From Candidatus Kapaibacterium sp. (GTDB lineage Bacteria; Bacteroidota; Ignavibacteria; Kapaibacteriales; UBA2268), in the NCBI GenBank assembly GCA_023957315.1, contig JAMLHE010000002.1, positions 263,750-327,749 of the forward strand: a stretch of DNA of 64,000 nt, in the 5' to 3' direction. A model generated the notes under the pieces. The model ran no database searches, had not been told where the DNA came from, and saw only the letters and a list, made by a program, of their open reading frames with translations. The position numbers and the translations under genes were made by a program. Each line of letters begins with the position of its first letter. The first letter of the stretch is position 1. Below, piece after piece: positions 19,363-27,242 of this stretch.

Positions 19363-20591
19363 AAATATAAGAGATTATTTGTTACTAAAAAATTGTTGTT
19401 CAAATTCTAGCGGAGATAAATAATTCAAACTGGAATGCATCCTATGTCTGTTATAGAACACTTCAATATACTCGAATATCATCATCTCAGCTTCACTCCT
19501 TGTTTTAAATCGTGTTTGGTAAACTAATTCCATTTTTAATGTATGGAAAAATGTTTCTGTTATTGCATTGTCATAACAATTGCCTTTTCTACTCATACTT
19601 TGCGATATATGATTATTTTCAAGCAGATTGCGTACCTCGTTGCTTGCGTATTGCACACCTCTATCTGAGTGAAAAATCAATCCTTGCTTGGGCTTCCTTT
19701 CCGTGATTGACTTTTCTATCGCAGAATGTACAAACGCTTTGCTTAATCTTGTGTCAACTCGCCAGCTGATTATCTGTCTTGTAAATATGTCAATTACAAC
19801 GACTAGATAAAGCCAGCCTTCTCGTGTCCAGATATATGTTATATCCGATGCCCATACTTTATTTGGGCTTATTGTTGTAAAATTCTGTTTTAATTGATTC
19901 TCAGCCACCGGAAGACTATGATTTGAATTGGTAGTTGCTTTAAATTTTCGCTTTACGACTGATTTTAAAGATTGCTCTCGCATCAGTCTTGCAACCTTGT
20001 TCTTACCTATCATGATGCCTTTACGACGCAATGCCTGTGTTATTCTGGGCGACCCGTAAACTTGGCGGCTCTTTTCAAATATCTCCTTTATTTCTTTATT
20101 AATTAATTTGTCTGCATTCTTTCGATTGCTTGTTTTACCTTGCTTGTATTTATAGTACCCGCTCGTTGATACTCCTATTGCCCGGCATATTCTCAATACT
20201 GCATATTCTGAGCAGTGCTTTTCCACAAAGGAGTATTTATCTTCTATTCTTTTGAAAATATGCCGAGTGCTTTTTTTAATATGTCTCGCTCCTCTTTTAA
20301 AACCCGATTCTCTCGCTTAAGCCTTGTAAGCTCTGAATCTATAGGGCTTTGGTGTCCTTTACCGGGGAATGCACCTTCAGCATCTTTCAAATACCGTTGC
20401 TTCCAGAGATGCAAGGTATTTTCGTTTATACCAAGTTCTCTTGATAATTCCGATATTCGCTTTTGTTTGCTTAATATCAGTTTTACAGTATTTATTTTAA
20501 ATTCTTTGTCGTATGTTCTTTTTACTTTTTCCATTTTTGACCTCCGTTTTTCTCAAATCTAACTAGTTTTCATCTCTTTTCCTAATGTCCA
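19354..20591 (-). mobile_element. IS3-family insertion sequence (orfA 20244..20534, orfB 19375..20226, A7G slippery site)
   Basis: OrfA HTH transposase (IS3/IS911-like) and OrfB rve/DDE integrase core on the minus strand; AAAAAAAG slippery motif near orfA 3' end (plus-strand ctttttttaa ~20264-20273); imperfect ~21-bp terminal IRs starting TG (tgtacacaaatataagagatt at ~19356 vs revcomp tggacattaggaaaagagatg at 20571-20591, ~14/21 identical). Confidence 0.65.
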
Positions 20592-20885
20592 CTCTATTGG
20601 GGGAAGGTCAGGTCGGTATTCTTCACGTAGTTTATCTTTAATTTCATAAACAGGTTTTTGAATAGCTACAATAAAATCCGAGTTGTTTCCATATTTTACT
20701 ATATCTCCGTCTATTATGTTTCCTTTTTGGGTCTTATTTAATTTAGAATAACTGTTAGGATCGCTCATTATACCATAATCATTTCCAAATATTATAAATT
20801 GCTTGCTATCACAAGAATTTACAAGTTCATCACATGAAGCGATTAGTGTAACTAATAAAATAAAAAGCAAAAAATTTAAATTCAT
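20559..20885 (-). CDS. lipoprotein, 3' end replaced by IS3 terminal sequence (truncated)
   Basis: Signal peptide + lipobox LIASC; last ~11 codons are encoded by the IS left end. Confidence 0.45.
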   Translation of the reverse strand: MNLNFLLFILLVTLIASCDELVNSCDSKQFIIFGNDYGIMSDPNSYSKLNKTQKGNIIDGDIVKYGNNSDFIVAIQKPVYEIKDKLREEYRPDLPPIEWTLGKEMKTS

Positions 20886-21016
20886 AACTACTCCGTATTA
20901 TATACTTTCTTCGTCCCGTCAGGTGTTACACCTGACGGAACAAAATGTAATCATAAAAATCATATCAATCATACAATTCATAGTTCAGACCCATCTCTCA
21001 CTCTGTTTCCCCAAAT

Positions 21017-22297
21017 CTAATACTGCATCATCTTTTTGATTGATACATGGTCAAGTGGTTTCGAGAGCATATAAAATTCATCAATTCTACCTCTGAAATA
21101 TGAGGAGCCGTCGTCGCTTGCGCCTATTACCAATGGTAGCCCGGATTTTTGCGGATTACCGGATACAATTTCTGAAATCATATTTCCATTTACATATAAA
21201 ACCATTCTCCCCTTATTTGAAACTATGGCAATATGCGTCCAAATAGCTTTTGCGGGTATTGGCGCCTTTACATGACTTTCGTAACTTTCGCCATCACACA
21301 CTCTGAAATAAAATGTATTTGTGCTGTAAATGTAGAAAACATAGCTTGCATTTGCCGGAGCTATCGGTCCCCATTTACCAAAGATATTGTTATCGGTTTT
21401 ATTAGTTTTACCCATTGAGTTATCAGGAAATATCCAGAACATTATGGTATAATCTTCGCCAATATTTGTCAAATCGCTCGGTATTGATATTTTCGACGAT
21501 GTACCATTAAAATAGACAGCACCATCTTCAACACCGTTGCGGTCTTGAGCAAATTGAATATTGTGAGGTGCGGTTTGGAGCAAATATTTCCCTTGGTCTA
21601 AAGTATGACCGTTGAATGATAGGTAGAGTTCGACATCATTTAAATCAAATTGTGTTCTGAACCTTGTTGTAAAATGCGAGACGTCGCTTTCTGTCATTGC
21701 GTCGTAAATGTCGTAGGCTACAATTCTAATATAATATTTCATCGAATCTTTAAGGTTTTCCACATGAAATTCGCTTTTGCTTATTCTATTTGCCACTTTG
21801 TATATCGGAGGATTGACCGTGTCGCAATAGACATCATATGTCAATTTATCGCCGTCAATATCTATACAACTCCAAACAATATTTGTTGTGTCGTCATAGA
21901 CCAAGGCACCACTTGCCGGAAATTCAATGATTGGCAGCTCGGGAGCATTATTTGCATCAACTTTGGCTGTTAGCTTCACGTAGGCGCGGGTTTCCTTGTC
22001 GGATTTGACACTAATACTGACATTGCCAAGGTAGTAATCTTCCTTAGTCGCGATAATTCTATATGTTCCGGGACTGGCGTTGCCCAGATAAAAATATCCT
22101 TCGCTATCAGACAGAACCGATTCTGTTGCCGGTTCCGAGGATACTAAGGCATTTTGCAGCGGTTCCAGAGTTTTGTTATCATGCACATACCCAACAATCT
22201 TGCCATCAGCAACTATCGGTGCTTCAACAACAGGCTCATCAATACACGATGTCACATATAGACAAGCCAGCAGTACGAGTGTATAAAATTTTCTCAT
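21017..22297 (-). CDS. lipoprotein with carboxypeptidase-regulatory-like, Fn3-like and LamG/concanavalin-like (Laminin_G_3) domains
   Basis: Lipobox YVTSC; CarbopepD_reg-like GKIVGYVHDN...SDSEGYFYLGNASPGTYRI; C-terminal LamG-type FNGTSSKISIP...FRGRIDEFYM; ATG at 22297 preferred. Confidence 0.55.
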   Translation of the reverse strand: MRKFYTLVLLACLYVTSCIDEPVVEAPIVADGKIVGYVHDNKTLEPLQNALVSSEPATESVLSDSEGYFYLGNASPGTYRIIATKEDYYLGNVSISVKSDKETRAYVKLTAKVDANNAPELPIIEFPASGALVYDDTTNIVWSCIDIDGDKLTYDVYCDTVNPPIYKVANRISKSEFHVENLKDSMKYYIRIVAYDIYDAMTESDVSHFTTRFRTQFDLNDVELYLSFNGHTLDQGKYLLQTAPHNIQFAQDRNGVEDGAVYFNGTSSKISIPSDLTNIGEDYTIMFWIFPDNSMGKTNKTDNNIFGKWGPIAPANASYVFYIYSTNTFYFRVCDGESYESHVKAPIPAKAIWTHIAIVSNKGRMVLYVNGNMISEIVSGNPQKSGLPLVIGASDDGSSYFRGRIDEFYMLSKPLDHVSIKKMMQY

Positions 22298-22881
22298 ATA
22301 AAATCCCGTAAAAATATGTTTGAATCCAACGTTTCTTTCAAATATAATGAATATTCTGAATTTAGACAGTTTCATGAACTCAAAATGCACTATATTTCAA
22401 AAAACAATCAGCTATCTATACACTATGACACATGAACAGCAAAAAAATCTCAGGGTGAGAAAAATATAAAAATCCCCCTGCTCGCAAGCTCGCTTTCCCC
22501 CTTTCAAAGGGGGATTAAGGGGGATTTGTATTTGGTTTTTGTCAACTTTTTTTAGGACTAAACAAAAAAAATCTAAATATTTTGTTCCTTTTTTGGGTTT
22601 GAAGTGTCATCATATATATAAAAAGTGTTTTTTTCTGTAAATTTGACAATTTCGATTGTCTATACATTTAGGGAGAATCTTTTCTCCGGAAAGTTTTTTC
22701 CGTCCCGTCTTTAACAAAACCGGAACATCTTAACCTCGAAGAGGTTACATGTTTATAGAAATGATGATTGATGTTCGGTTCGATGCGACCTCGTAGAGGT
22801 CGAATTTAAATAATTAACGTTTTGCTATAAACATATGACTCCTTCGGAGTCAAGAGGGATTCAAAGGAGCAGCTTTTTCAT

Positions 22882-22955
22882 CACCCACGGTTAAAACCGT
22901 GGGCTATGTTTGTCTTTCTCCCTCTCCTTCGGAGAATGTCGGGGTGAGGTTTCTT
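22882..22955. repeat. composite hairpin-module repeat (X: cccacggttaaaaccgtggg-ctatgtttgtc; Y: ctctccTTCGgaga..ggggtgaggtttctt), copy A
   Basis: Near-identical inverted copies of both modules at 40861..40939; Y also inside CDS at 36680..36727. Confidence 0.75.
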
Positions 22956-22965
22956 GGGTTTTCGC

Positions 22966-22997
22966 ACAAAAAAAAAGGTACGGAAGCCGTACCTTTA
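22966..22997 (-). terminator. rho-independent terminator (minus strand) after sigma/anti-sigma/DUF4252 operon
   Basis: aaaggtacgg-aag-ccgtaccttt hairpin with U9 on the minus strand. Confidence 0.65.
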
Positions 22998-23028
22998 AAT
23001 TTGAGATTTGAAAGAAGCAAAAAAAAAA

Positions 23029-23553
23029 TTACTCCAAATCTTTAATCTTGTCTGCTCCCTTGATGTTGAGCAATTTGCCGATGGTCGAAATCTGTTTGAG
23101 ATTGATTGTACCGTTCATCCAGATAATGACAGCTTCTTGTGGTCCTGCAACGGTCATCACGAAGTCGGAGATTTTTTCGCCCTGTTTTTTGACCATTACC
23201 TTGATGTTGCTTTCTTTGTCATTCATATTCATGATTGTACTAAAGCCTGCACCTGGCTGGAATTTCCGGACATCTTTGATAAATAAAAGACCTTCACCGG
23301 GCTTTTTTGATTTCCCGATGGCAAACGAAAGCACTTTAAGATTCTCGACTCCTGCCAAGGCGTTTTTGAGAGCTCCTTGGTCTTTTACATCCGACATTTC
23401 CGAAAGCATTACTGCAGGGTCGTTCAAACTAACCGTAGTGAAGCCCTCTTTGGAGCCAAATTTCTCGATTAATTTATCCAACGATTCGTTTTGAGCGTAC
23501 CCAAAAAGTGTGGCAAAGAAAAAGAAAAAAGCAATGTGTATTAATTTTGTCAT
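23029..23553 (-). CDS. DUF4252 family secreted protein
   Basis: Signal peptide; typical position downstream of ECF sigma/anti-sigma in Bacteroidota. Confidence 0.55.
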   Translation of the reverse strand: MTKLIHIAFFFFFATLFGYAQNESLDKLIEKFGSKEGFTTVSLNDPAVMLSEMSDVKDQGALKNALAGVENLKVLSFAIGKSKKPGEGLLFIKDVRKFQPGAGFSTIMNMNDKESNIKVMVKKQGEKISDFVMTVAGPQEAVIIWMNGTINLKQISTIGKLLNIKGADKIKDLE

Positions 23554-23562
23554 GAAATCCCC

Positions 23563-24099
23563 TTAATTATTATTGAAATTATTATCGTCAAAATTGACAA
23601 GTGAGAATGTTCCCAATCCCATAAGACCTTGCTCGACCATATTCAATTTGTCGAGGTCGCTTGTAGCGGCATCCATACGCTCTGCAATTATTTGCAAAGC
23701 TTTTGCCGTTTCGTAATATACTTGTTCGGGGTCGCTTTCGTTGTGATAGACATTTTCCAAATCCTTACTTTGCTGAAAAACAGTAAAGAACAAGGTAACA
23801 GCTATCAGAACGACTGCGGCGGCACTCGAATAGTACATATAGTTGCGAGATTTTACAATCTTCGAAGTTGCTTCGTAACTGTTAATCGAATTGATTAGTC
23901 GTTTTTCGAAGTCATCTCCGGGAGCAACAATTGCAGATTCGGCTTTGTAGAATCTGAACTGTGCGGCTTCAGTCATAAGTTCTTTAGGAACTTCTGACTG
24001 TTCAAAAAATTCGTTGATGACGTTCTCTTCTTCCAAAGAGCTTTCGCCGTCGTAGAATTTTACAAGCAACAGCTTGATTTCATCAATGTTATGCTTCAT
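23563..24099 (-). CDS. putative anti-sigma factor (single-pass membrane protein)
   Basis: Overlaps sigma gene by 11 bp; one TM helix (AAAVVLIAVTLFFTVF). Confidence 0.45.
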   Translation of the reverse strand: MKHNIDEIKLLLVKFYDGESSLEEENVINEFFEQSEVPKELMTEAAQFRFYKAESAIVAPGDDFEKRLINSINSYEATSKIVKSRNYMYYSSAAAVVLIAVTLFFTVFQQSKDLENVYHNESDPEQVYYETAKALQIIAERMDAATSDLDKLNMVEQGLMGLGTFSLVNFDDNNFNNN

Positions 24100-24616
24100 T
24101 GTAGTAATAATTATAATTGTTATTCAAAAATTCTCTTATTTTTTTTCTTGCTCTGGAAAGATTTACTTTCAAAGTGTTAATGTTCATGTCCATAATCTCG
24201 GCAATTTCTTGGTAGCTGAGTCCCTCGATGTCTCTAAGTTGTACAATCATCTTTAGATTCTCCGGCAATTGTTCGACTACTTTTCCTACAATTTCGACTG
24301 CATCCGCTAATTCGGCTTTTCTGAGCGGCGATATATCTTTTTCCTGCAAATTTAACTCCGTAATGTCTAACCCCGAGTGTACGGTCTGGAAATGCTTGCT
24401 TCTGAATCTGTCAATACATAAGTTTTTGGTCATAGCCATAGCAAACGCCTCCACGCTCTGTTTTTTCTCTAAAGATTCGCGGTTAATCCATAATTTCATC
24501 ATTACATCCTGGACCACGTCTTCAGCTTCGTCATGATTGTTCAACATTCGCTTAGCAAATCTGAACAACCTGTCTTTTACCGGCATAACCTTTGCCGTAA
24601 ACTCGTTTATTTCCAT
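24089..24616 (-). CDS. RNA polymerase ECF-type sigma-70 factor
   Basis: Region 2 (DVVQDVMMKLW) and region 4 HTH (LSYQEIAEIMDMNINTLKVNLSRARKKI). Confidence 0.85.
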   Translation of the reverse strand: MEINEFTAKVMPVKDRLFRFAKRMLNNHDEAEDVVQDVMMKLWINRESLEKKQSVEAFAMAMTKNLCIDRFRSKHFQTVHSGLDITELNLQEKDISPLRKAELADAVEIVGKVVEQLPENLKMIVQLRDIEGLSYQEIAEIMDMNINTLKVNLSRARKKIREFLNNNYNYYYNEA

Positions 24617-24753
24617 ATTATTCTGACGATTAATCCCAAAAAAGGTAACTATAAAAAGTAAAATATAAAAGTAAATATAAAAGAAAAAGAATACTTTTGT
24701 TGTAGTAACGAAATAAGTAATAGTTTAGATATATTTTTTTTTGCGGAAATGAA

Positions 24754-25476
24754 ATGGATACACTGAAAGACTTTTGGAAATTAGCGGGATTACGCTACAA
24801 ATCTCATCCTTGGCATGGTATTAACATTGGCGAGGATGCACCCGACATTGTGACTGTATTTGTCGAAGTAGTACCTTCGGACACTTTGAAGTATGAATTG
24901 GACAAGGAAACAGGGTATTTGAAACTCGACAGACCTCAAAAATTCTCTAACATTATCCCGGCTCCTTACGGTTTCGTGCCTCAGACTTATTGCTGGAAAT
25001 CAGTGGCTGATTATTGCAATGACAAAACCGGACGAACTGACATTATCGGTGATGGCGACCCATTGGATATTTGCGTTCTGACCGAGCGGAATATAATGTA
25101 TGGCAATATTATTCTTCAGGCTATCCCAATCGGTGGATTCAGGATGATTGACGGTGGAGAGGCAGACGATAAAATCATTGCTGTGCTTAAACAGGATGAA
25201 GTTTATTCGCAATGGAAAGATATTGCTGACGTTCCGGCTTCGCTGGTGACGCGTTTGAAGCACTATTTCCTTACTTATAAGGATATGCCCGGGCATCAGA
25301 TGCAAAGATGCGAAATTACGCATACATACGGACGCGAAGAAGCACTCAAGGTAATTGATTTGAGCCGCAAAGATTATACTAAGAAATTCGGGAAATTGGA
25401 GAATAAGCTGTCAATAGCTGCTATGGAAGCGATTTCATTTGGGCAAGATTTGATACAAGCAAACAAGAAAAAGTAA
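24754..25476 (+). CDS. ppa: inorganic pyrophosphatase (family I)
   Basis: HPWHG, DGDPLD, active-site Asp cluster. Confidence 0.75.
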   Translation: MDTLKDFWKLAGLRYKSHPWHGINIGEDAPDIVTVFVEVVPSDTLKYELDKETGYLKLDRPQKFSNIIPAPYGFVPQTYCWKSVADYCNDKTGRTDIIGDGDPLDICVLTERNIMYGNIILQAIPIGGFRMIDGGEADDKIIAVLKQDEVYSQWKDIADVPASLVTRLKHYFLTYKDMPGHQMQRCEITHTYGREEALKVIDLSRKDYTKKFGKLENKLSIAAMEAISFGQDLIQANKKK

Positions 25477-25483
25477 AATTTTG

Positions 25484-25558
25484 TCGGGGTGGAGGGATTC
25501 GAACCCCCGGCCCCCTGGTCCCAAACCAGGTGCGCTAACCGGACTGCGCTACACCCCG
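25484..25558 (-). tRNA. tRNA-Pro (anticodon TGG)
   Basis: Minus-strand read CGGGGTG-TA-GCGCAGTCCGGTTAGCGC-A-CCTGG-TTTGGGA-CCAGG-GGGCC-GGGGGTTCGAATCCCTC-CACCCCG-A: 7-bp acceptor stem, anticodon loop TT-TGG-GA, GTTCGAATC T-loop. Confidence 0.9.
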
Positions 25559-25608
25559 AAAAAACAGATTACAAAAATACGACTTTTTTCGGACAAAACA
25601 AAATCTTT

Positions 25609-26640
25609 TTAGAATTTTGATGCAATTCTATTATCTCGGCGTTGTTTGGCAAGCAATCGCAAGTCAACGACTTTGTCCACCTCATCTACAATTTCTACGC
25701 CGAGCATAGTTTCGACGACGTCTTCCATGGAAATAAGTCCTTCTACGCCACCATATTCGTCCACTACAACAAATAAATGCTGGCGGCGATTGAGGAATCT
25801 CTCAAGAGCGGTGTCCAATTCAGCATTTTCGGGAATAAAATAAACTTCTCTGCAAAAATCTCTCAATTTAGTGGCACCTTTGCCCTTGAGCGCAGCAAGA
25901 AGTATATCTTTGGACATGACATAGCCCAATATACCGTCATCAAAAGATTCGCCCTCCCATATTGGAAATCGCGAATACATCTGAATTTCGGGCAAATTAA
26001 CTACATCATCAACCGTTTTATCTGCATCAAAAGAAAACATTACAGTTCGCGGAGTCATAACGTCTGTTACATAAACTTCGCTGAAATTCATTATATTTTT
26101 GAGAATTCTATATTCGCCGGGTTCGATTAATCCATCCTCGTGAGCAGACTCAACCAAAGCGGAAATTTCTTCACGACTTTCATCGCTTGTGCTTTTTCCG
26201 CGAATATTATCGTGCATCTTCGAAAAAACCCAATATAGCGGGAAGCCCAAGTAAAAATACAACTTGATGATTGCTGTCATCGCCGGACCAATTGAATCCG
26301 CAGAAACCGCTCCAAAAGCATAAACTATGGTTCTTGAAAACATTAATATCAATGCTGTGGCTATTAACATCGCAATTAGATTAACAAATCCAAATCCGAA
26401 TTCCGATAGATAATATCCTAAGAATACGGATGAAGAGATATACAATCCTGTTTCGACTATCAACAAAGGATTGAGTGTTTCATCGTGCTCGGATTGCATG
26501 TATTGCAGGGATTGTGCTTTTTTGTAGTTTCGTTCTATAAGGCTGTTGATTTCATCATTGGACATGTATGTTAGTATAGCCGAACACAGTGATGCGCCAA
26601 TGCCAATTACGTAAAGAAGCAAAATAAGAGGGACTTCCAT
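25609..26640 (-). CDS. CNNM/HlyC-CorC family transporter-associated protein (DUF21-CBS pair-CorC_HlyC)
   Basis: N-terminal 4-TM DUF21, CBS pair, C-terminal CorC_HlyC domain. Confidence 0.75.
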   Translation of the reverse strand: MEVPLILLLYVIGIGASLCSAILTYMSNDEINSLIERNYKKAQSLQYMQSEHDETLNPLLIVETGLYISSSVFLGYYLSEFGFGFVNLIAMLIATALILMFSRTIVYAFGAVSADSIGPAMTAIIKLYFYLGFPLYWVFSKMHDNIRGKSTSDESREEISALVESAHEDGLIEPGEYRILKNIMNFSEVYVTDVMTPRTVMFSFDADKTVDDVVNLPEIQMYSRFPIWEGESFDDGILGYVMSKDILLAALKGKGATKLRDFCREVYFIPENAELDTALERFLNRRQHLFVVVDEYGGVEGLISMEDVVETMLGVEIVDEVDKVVDLRLLAKQRRDNRIASKF

Positions 26641-26801
26641 TTTTGCAGAGCTAACTCCACCTGATTGTGTAACAAAATAATTTTATAAAAATAAGAAATT
26701 ATTGCTAATTTGAATTAAACTTTTATCCAAAGTGTAATCTTTTTCATTTTATAGTGTCTATACATATAGAGTATTGTTGAATTTTAAAAAGAAAAATCGT
26801 T

Positions 26802-27242
26802 ATGAACCAAAAAATTAAATATTTGTTATTTTCAGCACTCGTTGCTGTTTTCTTTGTGCTTGCCGCTCAAGTAAGTTTTAGCCAAAGTGTGCATTCTTCA
26901 ATTACCTCAGGTAAAAAATTCATCGTTTACTTTGGCGAAGATTCGACACATATCACTCTTGATGCAGCTGAAGTTTTAGACAAAATGGTCGCTCACGGCA
27001 AGAAAAATAAAGGGCAAAGGTTTCTGATTACAGGCTTTTTCCACGAATATGAAACGGATGGATTAGCTGAAAGAAGAGCCGAAGCTGTCAAAAAATATTG
27101 TATGATGCTCGGAATGCCAGAATCACAAATACTCACCAGGCACGCAAAGCAATTATTGGCTCAAAATGAAGAGGGCATATTTGAAGACGAAGACCGTATC
27201 AAAACCCGTAGAGCTGAATTGATGTTTATTGACGCACCTTAA
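26802..27242 (+). CDS. small secreted OmpA-like (peptidoglycan-associated) domain protein
   Basis: Signal peptide; LAERRAEAVKKY OmpA C-terminal-like motif. Confidence 0.45.
   Translation: MNQKIKYLLFSALVAVFFVLAAQVSFSQSVHSSITSGKKFIVYFGEDSTHITLDAAEVLDKMVAHGKKNKGQRFLITGFFHEYETDGLAERRAEAVKKYCMMLGMPESQILTRHAKQLLAQNEEGIFEDEDRIKTRRAELMFIDAP

Noticed and set aside
19354-20591. Target-site duplication flanking the IS3 element
   Set aside because: No convincing 3-4-bp direct repeat found at the inferred ends. Ends were inferred only from a ~14/21 IR match, so boundaries are approximate.
22391-23028. RNase P RNA, tmRNA or other known housekeeping RNA in the hairpin-rich intergenic region
   Set aside because: Could not find the universally conserved motifs (GGAAAGUCCGG / ACAGAAA for RNase P; tRNA-like GGGGCUG...UCCACCA end or ANDENYALAA tag ORF for tmRNA).
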